From contig OX597816.1 in assembly GCA_951406725.2 (NCBI GenBank), positions 111,228,001 through 111,292,000 of the forward strand: 64,000 nucleotides of DNA. Direction: 5' to 3'. The notes below the pieces were generated by a model. The model had not been told where the DNA came from. It made no database searches and was given only the letters and a program-made list of their open reading frames with translations. Of the stretch, positions 36,511 to 50,958 are shown one piece after another (within the stretch, counting starts at the first letter, position 1; each line of letters begins with the position of its first letter). The DNA is from Octopus vulgaris. Lineage: Eukaryota. Made by a program: the position numbers and the translations under genes.

Positions 36511-38669
36511 ACACACTCACACACACACGCACGCACACATGATGTGGTATTTCACAGTGCGCTTCTTTATATCAAAGGTAATTTAGATGTTTCAGAATTA
36601 GAAATTGAAAAAATAAGTGCTACATTAAGGTAAGTGCGATTGTGAGCATGTTCGTCTAAGCCTCTTAAAAGTGTTGTCCCTGCATGGCCGCAGTCCGTCG
36701 ACTGCAACCAATGAAAAGAAAAAGAAATCACATATTTGTTACGTATTAAATTCCACATCTATCTGTTCAGAACAACCAATTATTTTGTTAGGCTTTTGTT
36801 ATGATGTACCATTTTATTGTTGCTTTGTCATTTAAAATAATAGGACCACTGGAGGAACATGCACATGTTAATGAATCTATAAATATGATTTTATGTTTCT
36901 CTTGATGTTTCCAGTCTCCTAATTTAACCTTTCTTTTATTTCTTGTATGTATTCTTCTTTCCCTTGCTGTATCACCTTCATTTTCAATTTATCATTTCTC
37001 CCTGTGTTTCTCTGACTCTCTATTCCCTTCTCTCTCTTTTTCATCTATTTTCTCTCTGCCTTCACTATTCTAAATTCTCTACATTTATCTTCTTTCTATT
37101 TTCCTACCATTATTCTAACTGGCTTCTCCTCTTTCGCATATTATTCATCTTCTTTACTACTGTCTCTTCCAGACCATCTGACACTCTTTTCCATTCTTTC
37201 CTTTTACACTATCAGCTCTACTTCATTACCTATATCATCATCATCATCGCAGTTGTTGCCATCATCATCATCATTATAATCAGCAACCGCAGCAGCAACA
37301 GTAGCTGCCGTAGTAGCGGCAAAGACAGCATTATCATCACCATACCATCACTACCACCTTATTCTTGTGGTGTTTTTATGTCTGTCTGTCTATCTATTTC
37401 TTTATCTCCATCTATTTTTATCTCTTTGTATCTCTCTACATGTTTCCATTTTATACACACATAACTGACTAACCTGTGAATGGCAGTTGGTAGATTCATG
37501 TCTTCCTACTCATCCTTCCTCTTTTTACCTCGTTATTTGCCAACATTAATTTTGCCAGTCTGCAGATTCCATATAAAACCTATAGTTTTGAAAGAAAGCA
37601 GGAAACTAACCAGTTCTTTGACATAACGACAAGACTATAATCCGATAGATAATACTAAATCATCATACAACAGATAAACATCATGTCCAATAATGTCATG
37701 TATAATTTAACCAACGACGTTATATTTAGCTTAATAATGCTTTCAGAATTATACACAGTAAGAAATACACGGTAGCGGTACTCATTCTTTCTCCATAAGA
37801 ATTACTGCAATAACTAAAAACTATTAGGATTTTAATAATAAATGAAAAGTAGGTCGTAGATGCGAGTTGATAAGAACTTACGAACGCAACCATAAAATAA
37901 GATCTAATGGATTAATTCCTAAATCACAGTAGCTTCTGCTGTTGTTGCTGCTGCTGTTGGAGAGGGTGGTGACTTAATCTTCTGATCAACTCTAATTGAG
38001 CAGATCAATGCATTCCAGCTGAGCCAATCTTGTCCTTTTAGAGGCATTTAAGACTTTATTATATTTTTGATCCTATATTTCGCAAGACGGTAGAGTGCAA
38101 TTTATAAGACATTTGGCAGCTATTTATAGTCAACCGAGTAACTACGTAGAAGATCATTCTTGAGCCAAGGTTGGAAGAAAAGCAAATATTACCACAAACT
38201 GTTATGCATAAACATGTCAGCCATTGTGAATTGTCTTCCTTCCACAATGCATAATAAACTTTGACGTTTGCTCTCTTTTCAAACCTCCACAACTACTAGT
38301 CATCTACTTGCATCCTAAACACCTTATTCAACCATACACAAAAACTTTGAAGAAAGACAACGTAACATTCTTTAGTAATATTGATCAAATCTTATCTTTT
38401 ACGACAGTTCTAAGATTCGGTCACTACGCACCCTTACCATCAACATGAATAGTGCTCAACGTGATCCCTCATGATTGTTATAAAAGCTAGGGCTTCAGTC
38501 AACATCATGAAGATCTCTCCTGTTGAACGCATATACCAACGCATATCCCAACAATTCCAATATACTTTGTGGCTATTTGAAATAGCTCAAGCAACAATGT
38601 AGAGGTTCCTGCACCAAGTATCTGGACATGTTGTTTATCAATATGTAACTGTTTAGTACTGTGTATATT

Positions 38670-39650
38670 ATTATATTATTGTTTTTACATTGAAGGGTTG
38701 GTTGTTTTCCTGAGTTCTTTACAGACTTTGAACAGGGGAGTGGTGGACAGTTGAATGACATTTTGTGGTAGCTTGTTCCACGGAGCTGCAATACGAACAG
38801 AGAGTGCGACCTTCCGCCTCTTGAGTCAAAAGTGTCGGGAATAGAGTTTGCGATCATGCCAACGAAGACCCCTATCCAACGCAGTGGTGAAAAACTCCGC
38901 AAATGGTAGGTTTACATTCCTAGTGAAGATGTTGCAAGCCAGGATGAGATCTCCCCGCATCCTCCATCATTCGAATGAAGGTAATGCCAACCGTTGGAGA
39001 CGTTCCTCATACGTAAGCTTAGACAAACCCGCGACCATTCGGGTGCTAAACGCTGAACTCGTTCCAGTGCTGAATGTCTTTCTGGAGATATGAATTTGAG
39101 GCCTGGATGCAATATTCGAGGATGGGTCGAACTAGAGTGACGTATAAAGACCGAAAGGCGTCCGTTGAAAAGTTGACAAAGGACCGGTTTATTCTGGCTT
39201 TGTTCACCGCCTCGATACATTGCCATGTTGGCTTGAAATTGGTATCGATCATTATGCCGAGATCCTTTTCTTCAGTGACTATCTTAAGATGTCGGTGTTT
39301 GAGGCCAATAGTCAAAGGAGAGTTTGGAGGTGAACCTATTGGCAAATGGCTGTATTTTGAGGCGTTCAATAGCTGATCCCATTCTTCCGCCCAATTCCAA
39401 GCTCGATTCAGCGACGATTGGAGTATGTCGTATTGATTCCTAGGCGAGACAAGTTTGACGTCGTATGCAAATAGGAGAACTCTTCCATCAAGAAAATCTA
39501 GCAGGTCGTTGATAAAGAGAAGGAAAAGTATTGGCCCAAGCATTGACCCTGGGGAACGCCGCTGCAGGCATTCGTCTCCGCGGAGAGATAACCATTTATC
39601 TGCACCGGAAAGGTTTGATGGCTCAGGAAGGAAGAAATCCACGAAGTCAC
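38670..39650 (-). mobile_element. 5'-truncated, frameshifted CR1-clade LINE
   Basis: SGVPQGS.LGPILFLLFINDL, LLFAYDVKL (ADD decayed), EEKDLGI and LYVTLVRPILEYC, then LERVQRLA; ends in a short ATT/AAT tail. Confidence 0.88.
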
Positions 39651-39682
39651 CAATATGTCCATATTTATGCAAGTGTGTGTGT

Positions 39683-39727
<45 letters not shown>

Positions 39728-42376
39728 CACCCGCGTGTGTATCTATGTCTGTGTGTTCGTACGCATTTTTGTGTAACTGCATCGACAATTTATTTACAAA
39801 TACCAAGATTTTAAAATACAATATCAAATTATACTTGCAAAAGTTTCAAACTTAGAAAAGTTACTTTTGCGAATCAGATATGAGAGTAACAAAGCCACAT
39901 TGTCTGAGAGTGACTAATCTACGAGTTTCTAAATGCCGAGTTCAATTCCATTTCAGTTATTGTATAGTGAATTTATTCAAAATATTTAATTCTACTAGGG
40001 GCGTATCCTGGTGGCAGTTACTGTGAGGGAGTTGTTTCTTGAATTTTTAATCGAAGTGTAAGAATAAAAATGCACAGAATATGTATATTCTTTTATACTT
40101 ATTAAAACAATCTTAAATTCTTTCGTCATAGGCAGTCATATAAAGTGTCAGTTTATCCTTTGAAATAATTTAATTCTATACATTTCAATTTACCTGCTTC
40201 TAAAATAGTTTCCAAGATATAGAGAGCAATGTTCTGTTTATATTTCATGCATATAACTCTGATCGTTTTGTTAATAATAAAGAGAGCACGAGGACTTACA
40301 ATTATATAGATATACACACCCTCAAGCTAAGATTAATTCATCAGCCTATTTGAATTAAAGAGAATTAAGTCTTCTCTAATTACTTTATGACTTCAGGCAC
40401 CAGCAAACCAATGTTTTTCAGTTTCCAATGTGATACATCGTTTAAGAAAATATTTATTTAACCTTCTTGATAAATATTGATGGTCAAAATCTCATGATAC
40501 GCTGAAATATTGAACATGGGAGTTTAATCCATGGATTGTTAATCGAACACGATTGCGAACAACAAGCCAATTAAACATTTGACTCTGAAACACTAAAATT
40601 CATAATAAAGATCAATTCTCCTTTTTAACTCAGCCATAATGAAAACAACAACGTATTTATAGTATGTGTCACACCACGTATGTAAATGTTACACTCGAGA
40701 GGTATTGAGAATATCTCATTAAATAAGGCATCGGCGTCGATATCATACACGACGTAATTGTAATGTAAATGCAAAACATGACTAACTTTGAAATTTCGAA
40801 AGATTCGTGATAGAATGTAATCAATTAAGAACTTTGCCAAAGAATATGGTAGTGAACATCAATGAAAATATATGTACTTCTATAAACATATTTAATCTCC
40901 TAACAGCGTTGTAATTAGCGTTTTACGTACACTATTTAGAAAGTTTGCTTGAAATTATAGGACTGCTGATTTATTTTACAATACTTCATGTTCAATGTGA
41001 AAACTTATTCACCATTTACGCAAGTTCATCTAAAAATTAAATCAGACGCAAAATTCGGTATTGTTTAGTGAATCAGATAATGAAGTACAATATTTGATTT
41101 TTCCTTGCTTTAAGGAAATTTATTGCTAAAGAGCTGAATGCTACTATTCAAAATTCTATAGAGAAAGTAGTAACTTATGTTATTAATGTAACGTTTGTAT
41201 CAAATGGTACATATATTTAGTGGTGTGACCGAGTTTGAACTTATGACATTCACATCACTAAACCAGTACTTTTACCAATTGATTAGTGTAGTTCATTAAA
41301 CAAGATATTAATATCAATGAAACTAAGACGTCAGATAAGGAATAACATTTTTATTGATTGCTTTTAAATTATAAAAGAATGTTAAATTTTGTAATCTTTG
41401 CATGATTTTTTTGTAATCTTTACATGATTATCTTTTTTATCATCTCTTTCACTTGATAAATGATGTTTTGAATAATGAGATCTCAAGTTAACTTTGAGTT
41501 TTACTATCATACACAGTCAGAGGATAGTCAATCTGTCGCCAAACAAAGATCTACACTTCTCCAAAAGTAGTAACAACATTTATAATTTAGTAATATTAAT
41601 CATGCAACGATGCCTTTATCATATATTTTAACAAATATTTATTAATGTGCTTTGAATAGTACGGTTTTAAATATTAACTATAAAATTAAACTATATCCTG
41701 CACGCAAAACGAAATCTTCTCGAGAAATAAGTATTACACCAACAACTACCTAAAACGAAAATACCATATTCTCTTACATTTATAATAAAACCGATAGTGT
41801 GCAAGACGTATTTAAATAGAAAGGGGAAAATAAGCATAGTTTTAGCGAGTTAATAACGAGTATTTACAATAGCTTCACCAAGATGTTTTTTTAATATATC
41901 ATTTCTAAACATGTCATTAATCATTTTTTTAATATATACGAACAAAATCAATAGGAAAAATATTAACATTGTCTAATATTACAATATTCAAGCTTCGTTA
42001 AAAACTAAACGTGTGACATAATAATCTTTCTTGGGTTACATCATGACTGTATCATTTGTTCATTTTATTTTCCTGACCTACTTGCAGTTACTTCTCACTA
42101 CAAAATATACTAGTTGTCAGTTTTACTTAGACTTCTATAACCAGATGTCAACTACACTCTGTCAAAAGATATCATACAAGACTTGTACTTTCTCAAAGAA
42201 CTAAGACCTCGAAAGTATATTCCAGTTGAGATATGGCAACATATTCTTTTCCAACAATACAAATCACATCCAAAAGAAATGTCAAAGAAGCAAAACTGCT
42301 CCCAACTTACAAAGAAAACATAGATTAAAAACAACATCCATACTTGCTATTCCATTTAATCTCAGAATCTTAAGTT

Positions 42377-42570
<194 letters not shown>

Positions 42571-42784
42571 GCGGTCTTTAAGTCATATTTCAACTTATAG
42601 TTCCAAATTGTAATTATTATGGATTAAGCCACTTTAATGAAAGATTAGGCATATTGCTAATATAAAGAGCTGAAGAGTAATGTTTTCACAGGTGAAATAA
42701 TATGCACACTTTTAGGAAACTATTCATAAAACAGATTTTTCGCACGCGCGTTTGTATGCGTCTGTTTATATGTGTGAGAGAGAG

Positions 42785-42930
42785 GGGGTGCATAGCCTAG
42801 TGGTTAGAGTGTTGCACTCACAATTGCGAGATCGTGGTTTCATAGACCTGGTGCTGCTTTGTGTTTATGAACCAAACACTGCAACTCACGACGCTCTACG
42901 ATCACTTCGACACTTAATGTGTAGTACACC
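42785..42930 (+). mobile_element. Degraded tRNA-derived SINE 5' part
   Basis: gcaTAGCCTAGTGGttagagtg...gtggtttc head resembles the SINE heads at 47829 and 56990. Confidence 0.55.
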
Positions 42931-42956
42931 CGCGTCCATCATGTATATGTGCATGC

Positions 42957-42991
<35 letters not shown>

Positions 42992-43243
42992 GTATAACAT
43001 ATTATGATTCCGGTTAACCCATAGGAGATTAATAACAAGTTGTTATAACCCAACAGCTTTACATTTCACACTACATCAGCGAGTTAGTACAATGCGTTAT
43101 ATTAAGTTGTATAAGTACTTAAATTAAGTAATACATAACTCATGTCCTATTGTCATTCATTTATTGATATAGATATGTGTGATTAATACACACACACTCC
43201 CATTTATATATATATATATATATATATATGCGCACTTTAAGTC

Positions 43244-43542
43244 ATATTTCAACTTCTAAAGACAAATTCACTGTAGCTACCGTGGAGAAAATAATTTTCT
43301 ATTATGGTAAAAGGGTGTAGAATCAGCATATCTGTCCCATACTGCCCGCTCTCGGATTCCCAGACACGTTTCTATACCTCTCTTCGGTATTCCCCATTGA
43401 AAACGCTAAAGAGCTGAAAAAACGTCTGGAATCCGACAGAAGGAAGCACTGAGCAGATATGGTGTTTTTATACCGTTTACCATAAGAGAGAACATTTTCT
43501 CCACGATAACTGCAGTTAATTTGCCTTTAGAAATTGAAATAT
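43244..43542. repeat. Fold-back element between two (TA)n tracts
   Basis: 43244-43370 vs the reverse complement of 43421-43542 (atatttcaa.ttctaaag.caaatt, cgtggagaaaat, ttatggtaaa, catatctg, tcggattcc.agac). Confidence 0.82.
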
Positions 43543-43598
43543 ATCGCAGACATATTTCAACTAAACTAACCTTAAGTTCGCTACGCCTAAACACTGCT

Positions 43599-43688
<90 letters not shown>

Positions 43689-44087
43689 CAAAGAAATTCC
43701 AACTCTGTTTTTTATGTTTTATTTATATTCTTTATAATATTAATGTAGAATATAGAATATATAGTATAAATAATATATATATAGTAACATGAAATGAGGT
43801 ATTGATTGTCTTATTGAAAAGATGAAATATTGAATATAAAATATTAACACACACATATATGTGTATGTATATATATATATAAATACATATATATATACAA
43901 ATATATATATACATACATATATATATGCATACATACATATATATATATATATACATACATATATATATATATATAATACATGCATACATATATACATACA
44001 TATATATACACATGGTGCTATTAAGTTAGAAATGGACTGGGCCTATACTGGCCGAAACCTATCTAAGTTATCTAAGTTATCTATCTA

Positions 44088-44151
<64 letters not shown>

Positions 44152-44338
44152 TATATTATATTATATTATATCATATTATATTATATTATATTATATTATA
44201 TTATATTATATTATATTATATTCCTTAGGGACGTTTTAGAGTACAGTATATAGCTCTTCCCCCTTCAGAATAAATCAGTGTTATAGGTAGCACTATTATA
44301 TACTTTGAACCCTAAAATTGTGCATTCCATGTGTGTGA

Positions 44339-44955
44339 ATATAAAACTGAGGAGATTGGAGTCAAGAAGTGGGAGTACGTTTGGACATTTGTTCATTATT
44401 CACTACAGTTGTTTTGACACACCGCAGTTCTCCACGATTACAAGTATTTTATTATGCAGCTGTTTGTTTGCATAATGATATCTAGTTGTGTTTCCTCGGG
44501 CGATATACAAGTGTTGGTTCCGTTAGTTTAAAGTTTTCATCTTGAGAGCCACCCTTTTTGTATTAGTTTTAATTTGGTTGTGGTTGAAATCTTCATGGTG
44601 CGAGCTGTGAGAGCGTGTTTGTCCGACTACTACTTCCATAGTATTTGGACAAAACTACATAGTAGTCGGACAAACACGCTCTCACAGCTTGCACCAAGTG
44701 GATTTCAGCCACAAACAAATTAATACTACTACAAACAGGGTGGATAGCCTTGAAGTAGAAGATTTTAAATTAGGGACACAACACTTGTATATCGCCTGAG
44801 AAAACACAACTAGATCTCATTATGCAAACAAACAGTTGTATAATCAAATACCCGTATTCTTTTAGAACTACGTTGTGTCGAAACAATTGTAGCGAATAAT
44901 AAACAAATGTGCAAACGTACTCCCTCTTCTTGACTCTCACCTCTTCAATTATATA
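44339..44955. repeat. Long fold-back element, ~290-bp arms and ~29-nt loop
   Basis: 44339-44631 is the reverse complement of 44661-44955; the inner 36 bp are nearly perfect. Confidence 0.9.
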
Positions 44956-45254
44956 TATTATATCAAATTATATATAATACGTTAACTTTCTAGAAAGCAC
45001 GATTTCATGATGAATATAATCAACAATTTTTCAACCAGAATTCCAAATGAGTATCAACATTTCACCAACTAAAGTGGCAGAGTGTCACTTACGATTTACC
45101 CGTATCTTAATTATAATTCAGTTTAATTCCAATTATGATTTACTGCTATCTTATTTATAATTCAGAAGTATCCTATTTGTGATTTAATTTTATTCCATTT
45201 ATGATTCATTGTCGTGTTTATCTTAATTAAAATTTAGCGTTATTTATTTGCATG

Positions 45255-45735
45255 GCACGTCACTCTCGAGTGCTACAGATAACATGTAACATATTGCATG
45301 GTCTGGTCGTCGGAGATTAACCGGCAGTCCCACCAATCTTGCTTGTTGAGGTGGATGATTTGAACACCCTATGGGATGAAAAACCCGCTAGGCAAAAGAA
45401 CTCGTAAGAGTCAACGGTCATCCTATAGTGTGTATATAGAGGAGTTAACCTCGATGACTAAAAATCCATGAGCTAGTCTCACGGGGAGAAGCATGGTGGG
45501 TGTGAAGTTGGGCATATTGATCTTCATTCGACGTGTGATCGTTATTCAATGGAACAACACAACACAGGCTACGCGGAAGAGCTTCTCCAGTCAACGAATA
45601 GTCTAGGGCCGACCAATCCAGTTAGCGGATTACTGCCACTCGATAGAACTGGCGATTCATCGACTCACGTTAACTACTTAAAAACACTATGGCGATCTGG
45701 AACCTCATAGCTTCATCAACTGAAGTTGGCTGACT
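45255..45735 (+). mobile_element. Probable non-autonomous retroposon ending in an (AGT)n tail
   Basis: A GC-richer island without an ORF that runs straight into (AGT)/(AGC) repeats at 45735-45942. Family not identified. Confidence 0.35.
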
Positions 45736-45792
45736 AGTAGTAGTAGCAGCAGCAGCAACAGCTGCAGTAGTAGTAGTATAAGTAGTGGTATT

Positions 45793-45827
<35 letters not shown>

Positions 45828-45838
45828 TAGCAGTAGCG

Positions 45839-45942
<104 letters not shown>

Positions 45943-46389
45943 TACAATTTATTTCTATCTTATCTAGTATTCACGTTGAGGCAGATGAAAGGGTACCGTA
46001 ACTGGCAATAAAATTCTAGGGAAAGCCGTAGATTCATTGGTTTTTCATATATATTTTAGACGACCATATTCTAAAATAATAATATTATAGCTAGAGCTAG
46101 AGGGATAGTTGAATAATTGGATACGATTCAAAACAACATGTCACATACCTCATATTTACATATATACGATTTTTAACGTTCTTTTAGGCATTTGTTTGGC
46201 TAACCATTTTGCATAGTCTTCTTTCTATACAGGAGTTCACGATATTTAAGAATGAAATGCTTGCAACAATATTTGCAGTGTTTTCATGATAAGTGATTGT
46301 GTGCGGTTCTTCAGCCGCTTAATGTCAATCACTATGAGGAACGGCACAACACACACAAACACACATACATTCATACATACATCTCTTAA

Positions 46390-46591
46390 GCACCACCAGC
46401 TCAAATATTGTCTCCTCTGTCTTCCCTCCTTGGGATCTTTCCTTCTCCTTGTTTCCGACGAAGAGCTCCGCTCGAAACGTTAAACCCTCCTTCCCTTCTT
46501 TCCTGAGCGTCAATAATACTTTAATTGTTCCACGTCCTGCGTTGCTGTGGGTTTTTTTTCTCTTTTTTTCTGTGTTTTCTTGTTTGGATTA

Positions 46592-46596
<5 letters not shown>
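46390..46596 (+). mobile_element. Solo Penelope-type pseudo-LTR fragment with minimal hammerhead motif, ending at (TA)n
   Basis: gttt-CCGACGA-a-gagc(tcc)gctc-GAAA-cg-tt-aaac at 46451-46485, followed by a pyrimidine-rich tail and (TA)n. Confidence 0.62.
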
Positions 46597-46646
<50 letters not shown>

Positions 46647-47828
46647 CGTATGTGAATATTTTTCCTTCGTACTTATCTACCTACCAACCTACTTACCTAT
46701 ATACATACATGTAGATGTACACACACATGTATTCATAAAAATCCACACAAGCATACACATTGTGTGTATGTGTATATATGTGTGTGTGTAAGTATGTGTG
46801 TATGTACGTATATGAGCAAGCAAATCTAATTTTATACGTATTCATAAAAGCACATTCACACACAGACACAATCATACACGCACACACACACACACACGCA
46901 CACACACACACACACATACAAACACACATACAGACATAGATGCACGCAGAAATGTACTGCTTATATATTTAGGTTCTATTCATATACGAGTAACGTGCCA
47001 AAATTGTTACACAAGCAGTGACAAATAAGTGATATAACAACATGAAGTGTTTATTCATGTGAATTTCTACTTTCTTAACGATCCTATATGAAATTTTCTA
47101 AGCTTACTGTCTAAACTTGCTAAACTTGCTGTCAGGAATCAACAGAGAAATGTGAGAGATTTTAGATAATACTAAGCGAATATTTGTTTCTCTTCCTATT
47201 ATCACTTTACTTTGTAATGAATAAATAGAATAACTATAAATAATAAATAATTTGCCAGCAAATTGTGAACAGGAAGACACAATAAGTCATAGCTCTTTAA
47301 TATGCTTACAACTGGAGCCAGTTGAAGTGGATTGGCAAAGATAAGACATAAACATTCAAACATTTATCAATTCCATATCTCACGCAGCAGCAGAAGGAAA
47401 ATGAATGAATAATAAAAAGGTAAAAACAGAGAGAAGCGAAATGAAAAAAGAAATGAATACCCGAAGCTCTTATAAATGAGTAGATTAATAAAATAATTGA
47501 AATAAAATTTTAGCATGATGAAGTGTTAAGTAAACAATCTACTTACTCGTTTGTTAATTAGTAAGTTAGTTAATTAAAAGTTCTTAATCGAAATGTGGAG
47601 AGTTAATAAAGCAACTGTAAGTGTCCGGTATACGCTCAAGGTGTAAACCTAAAAATCAAGTGATAAAGAAATACAAAAACCTCTACAACTGTAGAAAACG
47701 CATTTTAGGTATTACGACACAAGTGCTACATAGCGATACGACTAAGCAGTGAATGATTAGTTAAATAGGGTTAAGGGAGGGGATGAAATCAAACGAAAAC
47801 GAATTAGGAAAGAGTATGGATGTCACTT

Positions 47829-48105
47829 GTGGAAGCGCAATGGCCCAGTGGTTAGGGCAGCAGACTCGCGATCGGAGGAACGCGGTTTCGATTCCCAGAC
47901 CGGGCGTTGTGTGTGTTTATTGAGCGAAAACACCTAAAGCTTCACGAGGCTCCGGCAGGGGGTGGTGGCAACCCCTGTTGTACTCTTTCGCCCCAACTTT
48001 CTCTCACTCTCTCTTCCTGTTTCTTGGGTAACGCTGCGATGAACTGGCGTCCCGTCCACCGGGCCCATGAGCCTGGCTAGGCTTGAAAACGGCGCATAAA
48101 TGAAA
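47829..48105 (+). mobile_element. tRNA-derived SINE (family C) with V-domain-like motif and TSD
   Basis: Head TGGCCCAGTGG...GGTTTCGATTCC; ctgcgatgaactggcgtcccgtcca resembles the V-SINE core; TSD gatgtcactt at 47819-47828 and 48109-48118. Confidence 0.85.
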
Positions 48106-49244
48106 ATAGATGTCACTTCAAGATAGATGGCAGAACACTTGACAAAACTGTAATAACGGATACATGTGACGAAGTTTATGAAGCCTGTGTACTTGCCTTG
48201 GTATTTTAGTGCCAGTAACTTCTCTCTTTTACTTGCTACACTCCTACACTCCAAGTTTCCGTGTTTTCCAACTAGAGTTTATTAATTCATTCTTTTCTTA
48301 TCACCATTATTACCGCTGTTATCATCATCATATTCATCACCATCCTCGTGGCAATGTTTCTTAATAGTCTTATTTGTATTAGTACTATATTGAGAGACGA
48401 GAATGAGAAGAGGGCACTTGTGCTAGTGATTAGGGTAGTTTCGTGGAGTTTCATAAGCAACCTTAGGAAGTCACACTCTATTTGAGCATTAATTATGGTT
48501 GGAATTTCAGCACGAGATAAGATGTGACATGATAGGCCTGTGAGATGTATTACACATCTGCTCATAAGATTATGCACAACACATGTACAAGCATACTAAA
48601 AAGTAGAGTGTGAGCATTGTATCTACACTGGACTTGATATTCTAGTTTCAATATATGTTACAAAATAGAGATAGATTATGAGAACAGAGGTCAGAAAATA
48701 ACATGTATTTGGAAAGCATAGCATAAATTGCATGTCCTAATGAGACGCAGAAATCGCAGACATGTCGACCCAGGACATAATTATTATTTCAATGTTACTA
48801 TTATGATTTAATTATTATTTCAATGCTACCCTTATGGTTTATTGCGTATTGCAAAAGTCAGTTGTAAATTGGTTGACCTTTTTAGACAGCAGTGTTTAGA
48901 GGTCCGCTGTATCAACAGGGGATCATTCCGATCTATACCTCATCAGCTGATTATTTCAAATCTTTTGGCAAAACTTGTCTGTACCTCGTTACCTACAGAG
49001 CCATTATGCGCCAAAAAACATCTTCCATACATTTTCACGGTGGATAACAGCTATATTCCGCCACCCCACTGGAATTAATAATTGTTTTGTCTTGTTAATA
49101 ATATTTCTCAACCTAACGACTTAACAATGTGTTAAATGCTTTGTTCTACAGTTGCCTTCACATGCGTCGTATCTTTTTAATGTCTAGAGTCGTAATTGTA
49201 ACGGCTCTATCGGTATATACTTGCAGAGAGAGAGAGAGGGTGGT

Positions 49245-49291
<47 letters not shown>

Positions 49292-49402
49292 TAGATAGAT
49301 AGGTAGGTAGGTAGGTAGGTAGGTAGGTAGATAGATAGATAGGCAGACAGACAGACAGATGTCCATGCACACACATACATAAATACATACATAAATTAAT
49401 AC

Positions 49403-49461
<59 letters not shown>

Positions 49462-49507
49462 CATACATACATACATACATACATACATACATACATACAT
49501 ACATACA

Positions 49508-49543
<36 letters not shown>

Positions 49544-49550
49544 TATACAT
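49245..49550. repeat. Compound (GATA)/(GGTA)/(TA)/(CATA) microsatellite
   Basis: Direct reading. Confidence 0.95.
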
Positions 49551-50892
49551 AATTACGTAAGTGTGTGTGTGTGTGTTATACACTATTATGGTCTGATTTT
49601 TTTTTAATTCAGAATGTTTATTTCTAACTTTCATTTCAAGATATATATTTATTATTCTTTCTGGCATACGTATGTAAAGTAGTTCTTTAAAATGTATTCA
49701 GTTACAGCACATTATACAATATATATGAGAATTTTCAAATTAACACCTTGGAAAGAAGCAGTAAGTTGATATTTTATGTACAATATTCTCCATATACAAG
49801 GAGAATATATATATAAGAAGAAAAAAACAGAACAGAAGATATTCAAATTTATAATATTAAATATCTGATAGCTGATAGCTGATAGCTGAACAATGTTTCA
49901 TTCTTCTCAGTCAAATTATATGGCTTTGGAACTTAGATATGTTATAAACTATGAAAACCTAGATATATGATAGCTCTGAAACCTAGGTGAGTGATAGCAA
50001 TGAAATTAGATTGCTATTGGCTTTAAAATATTGGAGAATATCTACTTGACAGCTCTAAGTTCTCCTTAATATAATTGTGTAATGTTTTCCATGTTATTTT
50101 CTCTATGTTTTGCATTTATTCCCTTCATACTAACGTCACTGATATAATTGTTTCACAAATTTTAACATTTCTATATATTGATTGAGTATTTTATTCTTAT
50201 ATATTCTTTCGTTTTACAAGTAATTATAGGAGCCGAGAATCTTTGCTCGAATCATACCCTACAATCACATTCGATAACAAACACATTCGATAACGTACTT
50301 CTGCATATTTGTAAAATACATGATGGTCACAACTGGAACGCCTTTAGTCATAAAGCTGTTCGATCGAAACTGACATTGGTTTAATAAACAAAAGCAATTA
50401 ATCAAGTAGAATTAGTTGTATGTATGGGTGAAGATACAAGCAGAAGTAGGATAAACTGCCTTACCGGGTGACTCCTGAATTTAATTGCGGCAAGTGTGTT
50501 TGGAGATTTCACTAACGCCACGACTGACGTACTCATTTTTAATAGAAACATGTTTTGCTATTGATATAACTAAACATTAGGAGCATTCAATTCTGACAAA
50601 TGAAAATAAGCTAATGCAATTATTGTTCTTGTCACCATCAACCTCTTGTAGTGTTGCAAATATACTCATATCTGCCAAGTGGTACAGTTATGGACAATTT
50701 GTTATGAAGTGATTTATTATATAGTGTGCCAGCGGCTTTCTGAAGATTTGTATTTCCAATTTTCGCAAAATATTTTTTGCATTCCTGTTTTGATTAGCCA
50801 CAGATCATCCCTCGTTGAATTAAGTATCATTTCAAGCGTGAACGACTCGTATTTTTTAAGAATATGTATTCAATAATAATAATAATAATAAT

Positions 50893-50957
<65 letters not shown>

Positions 50958-50958
<1 letters not shown>

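Noticed and set aside
38670-39650. Horizontal transfer of the GC-richer CR1 element
   Set aside because: The GC contrast alone is expected for LINE coding sequence; there is no evidence without a database search.
41220-41290. tRNA-like sequence on the minus strand
   Set aside because: The cloverleaf does not pair; at most a decayed SINE head. The SINE heads elsewhere are likewise not called as tRNA genes.
45290-45370. Possible HDV-like ribozyme at the 5' end of the 45255 element
   Set aside because: Could not assemble the nested double pseudoknot by eye.
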